Positions 1-7,860 of a stretch of 60,956 nucleotides of DNA are shown one piece after another. This DNA comes from an uncultured Methanocellales archaeon (lineage in GTDB: Archaea > Halobacteriota > JAWCLZ01): NCBI GenBank assembly GCA_964631075.1, contig CAZVYP010000002.1:1-60956 (forward strand). Direction: 5' to 3'. The notes under the pieces were generated by a model. It had not been told where the DNA came from, did no database searches, and saw only the letters and a list, made by a program, of their open reading frames with translations. Both the position numbers and the translations under genes were made by a program. Position 1 is the stretch's first letter; every line of letters begins with the position of its first letter.

Positions 1-697
1 ATCCTTTTTCCATCATGTATTCCAGGCCTTCAACGAACCCATCTCCGTATAAGCGCCTGGCGTTATATCCAGCGATTTGTTTTAGCCCGGGAACTGCATT
101 TCCCACAGCAATGCTATAGCCGGCAACGCGGAAAAGCTCAAGGTCATTCTCAGAATCTCCGAAGGCAACCACTTCCTTCAGATTCAGCCCGGTTACTTCA
201 GCGATCTTCTTCAACCCCAGCCCTTTACTCACATTTTGGCTCTTGAGGTGAATGGCATAGCCACTGTCAATTATGTCAACGCCTGCGTTGCGAAGCTCGC
301 TGTTTGCAAGGAGCTCTCTGGCTCGGTTCACATCGAAGTTCCTTCTCAGCGCGATCTCTGATCTCCGCAACTTCGCATCGAGCTTCTCGACCTCGAAGTG
401 CTTCGAAAGCAGTTTGTAGACCAGCTCGCATTTCTCCAGAAAATTCTGCGGCACATTAAGTATTTCCTCGCCATCAAATTTGACGAGCACGACACCGCCG
501 TTCTCCGCAATAATCATCTCGCTTGTGCCGATGAGCTTGGCAGCGGTCCTGGTGAAGCAAATAGTATTGCCGGTTGCGAGGATAACCGGCACACTTACCC
601 CGCGGAGTTTCTCGATTGCCTTCAGATGAAGCCTTCTATCTCTGTGCGTGATCGTGCCATCTATATCCGTGACAATTGCACTGACCCTAGAAAACAT
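1..697 (-). CDS. HAD-superfamily phosphatase (Cof/phosphoglycolate-phosphatase-like); C-terminus runs off the window start
   Basis: Edge-truncated, so absent from the ORF track. Reverse-complement translation from the ATG (complement of 695-697) gives MFSRVSAIVTDIDGTITHRDRRLHLKAIEKLRGVSVPVILATGN (HAD motif I, DxDGT). Near 130-170 it gives VVAFGDSENDLELF (HAD motif IV). Track ORF 398..706(+) is its antisense shadow. Confidence 0.75.
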   Translation of the reverse strand, partial: MFSRVSAIVTDIDGTITHRDRRLHLKAIEKLRGVSVPVILATGNTICFTRTAAKLIGTSEMIIAENGGVVLVKFDGEEILNVPQNFLEKCELVYKLLSKHFEVEKLDAKLRRSEIALRRNFDVNRARELLANSELRNAGVDIIDSGYAIHLKSQNVSKGLGLKKIAEVTGLNLKEVVAFGDSENDLELFRVAGYSIAVGNAVPGLKQIAGYNARRLYGDGFVEGLEYMMEKG

Positions 698-789
698 CTG
701 AAGTAAGTTGTAAACCTAAATATAAATAAATTGACTTCTAACCGCTTTATACGTCACTTGTAATACTCCTCACACGGCAGTTCATCCAG

Positions 790-1070
790 AACAGGAATGC
801 AGCTACAGCAATGGCTACAAGCGTCATGCCCGCGGTATTATCAGCTCGAGTTTTATCCAGCTCCTGAAGAGGCGCGAGGAATATGAAAAAGCAAAGCGCC
901 CCAGCGGATTTTTAGCTCCCGAGCAATAATCGCACCGCTGCCATAGAGCACCGACAGCAAAACAATACAAATGGATTAAAGAACCCAGCAGGGGGTGAAG
1001 ATCCCGAGAGCAGCTCAGCGAGCACCGGTGAGATGAAGAACAAGACAAGCGCCGGGGATAAAAACCTCAT
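790..1070 (-). pseudogene. possible degraded remnant of a membrane-protein gene (coding sense split over three frames)
   Basis: The ATG at complement 1068-1070 gives MRFLSPALVLFFISPVLAELLSGSSPPAGFFNPFVLF and stops after 52 codons. A second frame continues LLSVLYGSGAIIARELKIRWG, and a third gives another hydrophobic stretch (MTLVAIAVAAFLFWM). Track ORF 824..1048(-) is one fragment. Confidence 0.3.
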
Positions 1071-1127
1071 AATTAAAATAAACCCGTAATTCTTATAAGC
1101 TAATCGACAAGTGCTGTGTGACTGAAA

Positions 1128-2057
1128 ATGAAAGCTAAGAAATCACCTAAATCAAAAAAGAAGCGCTTATCCGTCAATCCCAAAATTATCCTTGCCTTCG
1201 GTGTTTTCCTCATGCTCCTCGCCCTTTTCATGTTCACACAGAGCGGTGATAAGTGGAGTGTGAGCAAAGACGGCGTGCTCTCCTATCCACAAAACAGAGG
1301 CAAAGTCGATGTCAGAGTGCTGAAAAAAGAATCCAGCAGCAACTACACCCTTGAAACCATCGCATTCCAGAGCAAAGACTACACAGTAGAAGCACTGCTT
1401 CGCATCCCAAAGTCAGAGAAAAAAGTGCCCGCAGTGGTGATACTACCCGGTGCAACAGTGCCAAAAGAAGGCACGCAAACACTTGCAGAGATCTTTGCCA
1501 GAATGGGATACGCAAGCCTCGGCATAGAGCAGCGCAACCGCGGAGGAGTCGATTTCAAAGGCGATTACGAGCTCTTCATTCAGTTCAGAGAGCCAGTCGA
1601 GCACAAAATGGTATACGATGCCCTGCGCTCAGTCGACGTGCTGCGGCAGGACCCGCGCATTGATGCGGAGAAAATCGCTATAGTCGGAGAGAGCAACGGC
1701 GGGCGCTTCGCAATCATCGCAGCAGCAATCGAGCCAGGTATAAAAGGAGTCATTGGAATCAGCACAAGCGGCTACGATACGGAATCTTACATCCTTATGA
1801 ACAATATCAGAGACGAAACAACCATCAGATTTTACCGCTCAATCGACCCGGACACCTACCTCGGCTCAATCCCGCCGCGCAAACTCGTGATGCTCCACGC
1901 AGTAAACGACAGCATCATACCAATCTCCATGGCAGAGAACACCTATAAAAAAGCAAAAGAGCCGAAGCAGTTCTATGCCGTTAATGCAAGCGGACACGGA
2001 TACACAGGGGAGATGCGGGAGGGGCTGGAAAAAGAGATGAGGATTATGCTCGGATGA
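1128..2057 (+). CDS. membrane-anchored alpha/beta hydrolase (dienelactone hydrolase / S9-like)
   Basis: 309-aa ORF with a basic N-terminus and a TM helix (ILAFGVFLMLLALFMF). It has a nucleophile elbow GESNGG and later HAVNDSIIP and GHGY, consistent with a Ser-Asp-His triad. Confidence 0.7.
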   Translation: MKAKKSPKSKKKRLSVNPKIILAFGVFLMLLALFMFTQSGDKWSVSKDGVLSYPQNRGKVDVRVLKKESSSNYTLETIAFQSKDYTVEALLRIPKSEKKVPAVVILPGATVPKEGTQTLAEIFARMGYASLGIEQRNRGGVDFKGDYELFIQFREPVEHKMVYDALRSVDVLRQDPRIDAEKIAIVGESNGGRFAIIAAAIEPGIKGVIGISTSGYDTESYILMNNIRDETTIRFYRSIDPDTYLGSIPPRKLVMLHAVNDSIIPISMAENTYKKAKEPKQFYAVNASGHGYTGEMREGLEKEMRIMLG

Positions 2058-2111
2058 TTCTTATTCATCACTATTTCAGTTGTAAAAGCCTGCCAAGTGG
2101 GTGTTCGCTAT

Positions 2112-2579
2112 TCAGCTTTCTAAAATAACCTTGCTTATTGTGTTAAAATCCTCCTCTGTTATTCTTATTATGGAAACTTGGAGATATTGATTCCAAGTTC
2201 TGCCTTTGTCTGCAATGAATGTTATATCGTCTATGAGATTAGGAGTACCCCATTGAGCTTTGTTTCCTGTTTCTTCAGTTGAAAATGAAATCCGTGGAGG
2301 ATTTTTGCTTTCATGAATTATTCTAAAGTCAATTCTATAGGGGAACAGAAAACTAAACTTGCCCTTCTTCCACCCAATATCTTTGTTGCTAAAATAGTAT
2401 TGTCCTATAAATTCGATTACAGCAACAAATCTCCCGCCATGGGTGTAAACTATTGCCTTGTCTCCAACTTTCAAGAATTTTTCTAAAGTAACAAAGTATC
2501 GCGCGTCCATTCCCCAGACATTGTTTGCCCTACATATTCCCCAATTTTCAGCCGATGTTGATATACACCAATACCTCAC
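2112..2579 (-). CDS. EVE / PUA-like domain protein (COG1673-type)
   Basis: 155 aa. The N-terminus MRYWCISTSAENWGICRANNVWGM...VGDKAIVY matches the archaeal stand-alone EVE pattern (YWxCxT..ENW......NVWG...GD.l.iY). It lies at the edge of the AT-rich R-M islet. Confidence 0.65.
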   Translation of the reverse strand: MRYWCISTSAENWGICRANNVWGMDARYFVTLEKFLKVGDKAIVYTHGGRFVAVIEFIGQYYFSNKDIGWKKGKFSFLFPYRIDFRIIHESKNPPRISFSTEETGNKAQWGTPNLIDDITFIADKGRTWNQYLQVSIIRITEEDFNTISKVILES

Positions 2580-2631
2580 TGATTATCCACCTCATTCATC
2601 GTGACATGCAAACAGCTATTTCTAGTACAGA

Positions 2632-3414
2632 TCATTTTCTTCTGAAATCAGCAAACTTTTTATCTATCTCTACTCTTAACTCTTCACCTGCCTCTTGAAA
2701 AATGTCCAGTAATTCCTCGTATATATTGTCGCTTGCAACAAAATTCCAGAATTCTTCACCGACGAGAATCTCCCCATCCTCCAGATCATATAATCCCTTC
2801 AATGTCCATCGCTCATAAGGTTCGGGATGATATGGATTATATGGAATCGCCAGTCTTGTAAAAACTTTGGCATTTTTATCCTGACTGAGTCTTAATGCAG
2901 TCCATCTGAGAAGTTTTAGTTTCAATGCCACAAATTCCTTCATATTGGGCTTTGCACTTGTGATATCAAAGTAGTTTTCTGTTTCATTGATCTTTACAAA
3001 TAAATCTACTATCGAATCTGGATCTGCTTTAGGTTGCCCCTTCTTTACTTTTCTTCTAATCCGCTCAACTTCTTCTTTTTTGTTCGCGACAATTTCACCC
3101 TTTCTTAACTTGTAGTGAATCTCATTGATAACTTTCTCTGTACGTGGATCTACTTCACCAAGTAATTTGTATTGTCTCTCTGCATGACTGTTAGAGCCTT
3201 TAGCCAAAACAACCGCAACCTGTTCCCAGATAGACATACCGAAAGTGGTATTCATTGAGTGAATGAAAGAAAACATTGCATATCTATCTTTACCAAGTAG
3301 CCTGTGATGAAAAGGCATATGCACTGTTTCGGGACTATATGTTCTTAATTTTTCCATCACTGTGGTTACGAGAAGTTCAAGTATTTCCTTTTTTGTTTCT
3401 GGTGATATACCCAT
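2632..3414 (-). CDS. putative type II restriction endonuclease (TdeIII-like, tentative)
   Basis: 260 aa. The motif run MPFHHRLLG...FSFIHSMNTTFGMSIWEQVA...FDITSAKPN recalls the TdeIII REase family from memory. The gene is abutted (1-nt gap) by the upstream ORF in the same operon as a DNA methyltransferase. Confidence 0.45.
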   Translation of the reverse strand: MGISPETKKEILELLVTTVMEKLRTYSPETVHMPFHHRLLGKDRYAMFSFIHSMNTTFGMSIWEQVAVVLAKGSNSHAERQYKLLGEVDPRTEKVINEIHYKLRKGEIVANKKEEVERIRRKVKKGQPKADPDSIVDLFVKINETENYFDITSAKPNMKEFVALKLKLLRWTALRLSQDKNAKVFTRLAIPYNPYHPEPYERWTLKGLYDLEDGEILVGEEFWNFVASDNIYEELLDIFQEAGEELRVEIDKKFADFRRK

Positions 3415-3415
3415 A

Positions 3416-3682
3416 TTATACCTTCGATTTCATTAATCCTTCAAGCCCCTTATAGTCTGGGTAATGCGTTTTAAGAGCAATTGTATCTTCTGCCTTAACT
3501 ATTTCATTTCTGACATTTTTCGGAACTTTTTCTAATACACATCTATAATGATAATGTAACCCTTTAGCATACTTGTGTCGAGCAAATTTCTTTGTTTTAG
3601 CTTTCTTTCTGTAATACTTGGTATAAGGGCACTTTCCTTTCGCTACATCTTTCTGGAATAAATTTTGCATTCCTCTAAACAT
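3416..3682 (-). CDS. small basic hypothetical protein (R-M islet)
   Basis: 88-aa Lys/Arg/Tyr-rich ORF. It overlaps the upstream gene by 40 nt and ends 1 nt before the next gene. I recognise no family. Confidence 0.4.
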   Translation of the reverse strand: MFRGMQNLFQKDVAKGKCPYTKYYRKKAKTKKFARHKYAKGLHYHYRCVLEKVPKNVRNEIVKAEDTIALKTHYPDYKGLEGLMKSKV

Positions 3683-4572
3683 CTGACTTCAGATTTAGTT
3701 ATTTTTAAGTCGAAGTTAGAATAGTTGTTTATTACAAACTCACAAAATGGAATCCATCTTTTACATATAGGACATCTATCAGAAGTTCTGGAGTTTTCTG
3801 TATCGATCGTTGCTGAAGGAATAGCAGTTTGTAAAGAAAATGAACCCGATTGAATTTCTTTTTTTCTACCTACTTCAATACCATATATTCGCCTATCATA
3901 TGTTATAATTAAAAAATCTGGTGGGATTATACTATCACGTAAACTCATTACACGCTGAGATAACAATAAAGGAACAATGTAACCCAAATTGCTCCGGAGT
4001 AAGAATATATAAACTAATAGCTCATGCCATAACCCCCCAGCAGTTTTTGGGAGCATAGAATCAAAATATTCGTCTAATTCTTCTGAAGCATCCGATTCTT
4101 CTCTTATAAGTCCTACCGTCCCTTTAAAGTCCTTAAGCTCATTAAAGCGTTCTTCATCTCTAATTTCTGGAATTTTCTCTCCCAACTTTTCTAAGAACCG
4201 TCTCCTTAAATTATTAGAAACAGTAGTTACTTCATAACACATCAATAAGTCAACAAAATACAAAATTGCCCTAACAAAATTCTTTTTATCTTCTTTTGAG
4301 CGCGTAATAGAAGTTCGTATAGAGTAATATCCTCTTCCAAAAAAAATATACTCAAGAAAGTCTGCTAATATCATTTGTCTATCTTTTTCATTGTACAACT
4401 GGCTATCAAAATTTAATTTAGCCAAAACTTCTCTGAGTTTCTCTTCATTTTTTTTAAATATATTATAATCTAGCTTTTCATCAGTTCCAAAATTTTCTTC
4501 ATTCATAAAAATTTCATGAAAAATTTCGAGATGTTTTAAGGTGTTGTTCATCTTTTCATAGACACCCTTCAT
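3643..4572 (-). CDS. putative PD-(D/E)xK nuclease with C-terminal Cys cluster
   Basis: 309 aa. The C-terminal half carries WHE...PPDFLIITYDRRIYGIEVGRKKE (E / PD / ExK arrangement), then CPICKRW...C...C..EC. It starts 2 nt after the methyltransferase stop. Confidence 0.5.
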   Translation of the reverse strand: MKGVYEKMNNTLKHLEIFHEIFMNEENFGTDEKLDYNIFKKNEEKLREVLAKLNFDSQLYNEKDRQMILADFLEYIFFGRGYYSIRTSITRSKEDKKNFVRAILYFVDLLMCYEVTTVSNNLRRRFLEKLGEKIPEIRDEERFNELKDFKGTVGLIREESDASEELDEYFDSMLPKTAGGLWHELLVYIFLLRSNLGYIVPLLLSQRVMSLRDSIIPPDFLIITYDRRIYGIEVGRKKEIQSGSFSLQTAIPSATIDTENSRTSDRCPICKRWIPFCEFVINNYSNFDLKITKSEVRCLEECKIYSRKM

Positions 4573-4574
4573 TG

Positions 4575-5798
4575 TTATCTCACCTTTTTGAAATAGAATA
4601 TTGATTCAAAATACTTATTAGAATCTCTTTCGGTTCTCATCAAAACTGGTCTATGGAAAACATCAATCAGCTCAAATCCACATTGTTTACCTATGCTGGG
4701 ATATAGATTATACTGGTCGTTTGCCACAATAAAAACCGATGCTTCATCAATCAAATTTTTAGAGATATTTCTAAAAACATCCACTATACCTCTAACATAT
4801 TCCTTCTTAGCAACTCCGTTTTGACCCTTTCTGGCAGGTCCTATCTCCAGCTCATCCTGTCTTGGAAACTCAAAAAGTTCATAGGCATATCTATGCTGCT
4901 CGTGATAATCAATAACCCCAACGTAAGGTGGTGAAGTGAATACACCATCAATCTTTAAATCTTCTGGTAATTTTATTTTCCTGGCATCTCCCTGAATAAT
5001 CTTGATAAAAGTATTGGTTCTTAATTTATCAAAATCTTTTAATCTTCTTATCGTATCCAAACTATAACGATCGATAAACTTTAATGCCTCATTAATTGGT
5101 TCGCAATACCTTTTATGCTTTATACACCAGTAGGTTTCTCTAACTGGCTTTTTAGGACGGGCAAGGTCATAATGGGGAATCAGTCTTGCGGAACGAGCAG
5201 ACCTTGAGAGAATTATTTTTAAAATATCTTGATTTTTGTAATCGTTGATTATGCTTCTGTAAAATAAAATTTCCTGTAAAGCTATATCGGAAAACCACTC
5301 TTTAAGATACTCACTATCTGTTTCAAATTTTTCTATTTGCCCGCCAAAAAGAAGTTGATTTTTATTCTGCAAACCGTAACTAAAACTTTTCAGTCTCTTT
5401 AATGCGTCTTTAATTTCCGCCTCAACTTCTTTGATATTATACCTTTTCGTTTTCACTTCTTGAATAGAGACATTAAAAGGCGATAATTCTATTCCAATAG
5501 AGTTCATGCCCAGAACATTTGCTTCAATCAAAGCCGTCCCAGAGCCAGAAAAAGGATCAATAATTGTATCACCTTTCTTAAAATATTTTTTCAAGAAGAC
5601 CTCAACTAACTGAGGAATAAATTTACCGAGATAAGGATGTAACCGATGGACGTGTTTAGTTCGCTCAAACTCTCTGACGCTCAGGAAAGTTAAATCATTA
5701 CCCAAAATTTCAATATTCTTTTGAGTATCTGTTTTTCTCTCGATTAGAGCGGTATCTATCCCGAATTTAACTGCTGCTTTTTTATTTAGCTCAAGCAT
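4575..5798 (-). CDS. DNA methyltransferase (N4-cytosine/N6-adenine class; SPPY type)
   Basis: 407 aa. AdoMet motif I is IIDPFSGSGT, and ~200 residues later comes catalytic motif IV, TSPPY. That order with a long insert suggests an alpha-like architecture. SPPY is most typical of m4C enzymes. Confidence 0.85.
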   Translation of the reverse strand: MLELNKKAAVKFGIDTALIERKTDTQKNIEILGNDLTFLSVREFERTKHVHRLHPYLGKFIPQLVEVFLKKYFKKGDTIIDPFSGSGTALIEANVLGMNSIGIELSPFNVSIQEVKTKRYNIKEVEAEIKDALKRLKSFSYGLQNKNQLLFGGQIEKFETDSEYLKEWFSDIALQEILFYRSIINDYKNQDILKIILSRSARSARLIPHYDLARPKKPVRETYWCIKHKRYCEPINEALKFIDRYSLDTIRRLKDFDKLRTNTFIKIIQGDARKIKLPEDLKIDGVFTSPPYVGVIDYHEQHRYAYELFEFPRQDELEIGPARKGQNGVAKKEYVRGIVDVFRNISKNLIDEASVFIVANDQYNLYPSIGKQCGFELIDVFHRPVLMRTERDSNKYFESIFYFKKVR

Positions 5799-6002
5799 GT
5801 CATCAGTTCCTTATCGATAATTTGACTTAATAATCTTTGCATCCTTTTCCGATGACAAGTGGCAAGTTAATCTGTTCATGTTACAATATTTAGTCTATAT
5901 AATTGCAAATCCAGTGCGTGAACTTCTTCGCTTCTCCCACTTATGAATTAATATCCTGGAGGCTATTGAATATGCTCCTCCAGGTATATGACTTAATAAC
6001 GT

Positions 6003-6980
6003 CTAATCCACCACTCCATCCGTCGTCACGGTGAACACTGCTTCTCCCTCTGGCAGATATGGTGAGTCAACGAGGCGTGCGATGCGCTTGTCTCCCTTCG
6101 ACTTCCTCAGGTACAGTCTGAATGTGGCGGTGTGTCCTACGATGTGTCCGCCTATGGGTCTTGTGGGATCGCCGAAGAAGGTATCCGGTTTTGACATGAC
6201 CTGATTGGTGACCACGACTGCGGCGTTGTTCACGTCCGCGAATCGCATCAAATCATGCATGTGCTTGTTGAGCTTCTGCTGTCGATCTGCAAGTGTGCCT
6301 CTGCCGACGTATTCTGCGCGGAAGTGCGCTGTTAGAGAATCGACGACGATCAGCCTCACGGGTTTGTTGCTGTCTCTGAGCTTATCTGCCAGTTCAGATG
6401 CCGTATCTACGAGTAAAATCTGGTGATTGGAGTTATATGCCCTCGCCACATGGATGTTCTTTAGCACGTCTTCAGGAGAGAGATCCTCTTTATACTTCTT
6501 TTTGACCCCGCTGACCATCTGGGCAATTCGCTCCGGTCGGAAGGTGTTCTCTGTGTCGATTATTATCGCGGAGCCGTCAAGCCCGCCTTTCTCGCGCGGT
6601 AGCTGAACGTTTACCGTGAGCTGATGCGAGACCTGGGTTTTGCCTGATCCGAATTCGCCGTATAGCTCGGTAATTGCCTGGGTCTCAACTCCTCCCCCAA
6701 GCAATGTGTCAAAGGCATTGCACCCGGTTGTCAGCTTGCCAACGATTTTTCTGCGTTCAAAAACCACGTCGCCGGTTTCAAAGCCGCCTATATCCGCTGC
6801 CTGCCTCGCAGCGAGGATTATCTTCCCCGCGACTGCTTCGCCTACTTCAGCGGTAAGCGCAAGCTCCTGTGGTGAGGCCACAGCGATCGACTCAATCGTA
6901 TTGAAGCCAGCTTCCTTCAATTTCTCAGCAGTTGCCACTCCAACGCCTGGCAGATCTTCGATAGAAATTCTCTCACCCAT
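6003..6980 (-). CDS. radA: DNA repair and recombination protein RadA
   Basis: 325 aa with an N-terminal HhH ([13 protein letters not shown]), Walker [10 protein letters not shown] and Walker B LIVVDS. The length and layout are those of archaeal RadA. Confidence 0.97.
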   Translation of the reverse strand: MGERISIEDLPGVGVATAEKLKEAGFNTIESIAVASPQELALTAEVGEAVAGKIILAARQAADIGGFETGDVVFERRKIVGKLTTGCNAFDTLLGGGVETQAITELYGEFGSGKTQVSHQLTVNVQLPREKGGLDGSAIIIDTENTFRPERIAQMVSGVKKKYKEDLSPEDVLKNIHVARAYNSNHQILLVDTASELADKLRDSNKPVRLIVVDSLTAHFRAEYVGRGTLADRQQKLNKHMHDLMRFADVNNAAVVVTNQVMSKPDTFFGDPTRPIGGHIVGHTATFRLYLRKSKGDKRIARLVDSPYLPEGEAVFTVTTDGVVD

Positions 6981-7149
6981 ATACCCATCGCTCCATATCG
7001 CTCTGTTGAGCGCATTTTTGCTTTTACCAATAGATGAAGTATAGATTATTAAAAGCTCTGGTAAGCAGGGTGAAAGTAATTAGCAGTTGGAGCAATTATT
7101 ATCTAGGAGAGATACCCTTTAAAAATATGGTACTACAATATTACTACGA

Positions 7150-7541
7150 GTGATTCTTTTGAGAGAAGAAGTCAAAAGCTGGTGGAAACAGGCAGCAAAG
7201 GATTTAGATAGTGCTAACAAAAATTTTGAAATCAAAGAATATTATCTGGTTGCATTCCTGTGCCAGCAGAGTGTAGAAAAGGCATTGAAGGCTCTTTATA
7301 TCCACAAGTTGAGAGAGTCTCCAGGTTTAACTCACTCACTGATTTTCCTGGGGAAAAGCGTAGAAGTTCCTGAAGAATTTCATACTGCGCTCGGAGGTTA
7401 AACCCCGACTTCGTGTTAACAAGATACCCTGACGCGGCACATACAACACCATACGAACTTTATGATGAGGAGATCGCAAAGGAAAAATTAGAAATGGCTA
7501 AAAAAGTGGTAAAATGGGTAGAAAAGCAGTTAAAAAAATAG
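7150..7541 (+). pseudogene. HEPN-domain toxin-like gene interrupted by a 1-nt frameshift near 7390
   Basis: Frame 1 gives ...QQSVEKALKALYIHK...EEFHTALGG and then stops at 7399-7401. The frame open from 7374 continues (A)RRLNPDFVLTRYPDAAHTTPYELYDEEIAKEKLEMAKKVVKWVEKQLKK and stops at 7539-7541. It contains the HEPN-type RYPDAAH (Rx4-6H) box. Joined, the two parts make a normal ~130-aa HEPN protein. Confidence 0.65.
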
Positions 7542-7843
7542 AAATTAGAGAAATAGCAGATTTCCTGAAGAAGCTCAACGAAAGATTCAAAATTGAAAAA
7601 GTAATCCTCTTTGGCAGCAGAGCCAGAGGTGAGCACCTCAAGCAAAGCGATTATGATTTTATTGTAATAAGTCATGATTTTAAAAAAGTACCATTTCTCA
7701 GGAGACTGGAAATGCTCTATGAGCTCTGGGACAATGATTTACATTCGGATATTCTAGCTTACACTCCTGATGAGTTCGAACACAAAAGCAAGCAAATAGG
7801 GATTGTACAGCAGGCAGCCAAAGAAGGCGTGGTTATTCGATGA
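7514..7843 (+). CDS. minimal nucleotidyltransferase (MNT) partner of HEPN
   Basis: 109 aa with the Pol-beta NTase signature LFGSRARGEHLKQSDYDFIV (GS..RG...DxD). It overlaps the HEPN 3' end by 28 nt. Confidence 0.85.
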   Translation: MGRKAVKKIEIREIADFLKKLNERFKIEKVILFGSRARGEHLKQSDYDFIVISHDFKKVPFLRRLEMLYELWDNDLHSDILAYTPDEFEHKSKQIGIVQQAAKEGVVIR

Positions 7844-7860
7844 TCACTGTTGTCGATATT

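Noticed and set aside
398-706. 102-aa + strand ORF at the window start
   Set aside because: It is antisense to a well-supported HAD phosphatase reading frame on the minus strand (DxDGT and GDSEND motifs), and it has no motifs of its own.
5955-5984. Inverted repeat cctggagg-N14-cctccagg just downstream of radA
   Set aside because: The stem is only 8 bp with a 14-nt loop. Archaeal termination relies on oligo-T rather than hairpins. I note it as a possible structure but it is not convincing as a terminator or recombination site.
2058-6002. Target-site duplication or att repeats flanking the R-M islet
   Set aside because: I found only a 7-nt coincidence (caagtgg, near 2094 and near 5859). That is too short to be meaningful, and no integrase or transposase is present.
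6205-7044. Plus-strand ORFs (73, 134 and 60 aa) inside radA
   Set aside because: They are antisense shadows of radA. Their composition is low-complexity Ser/Pro/Ala-rich, typical of the reverse frame of a GC-richer gene.
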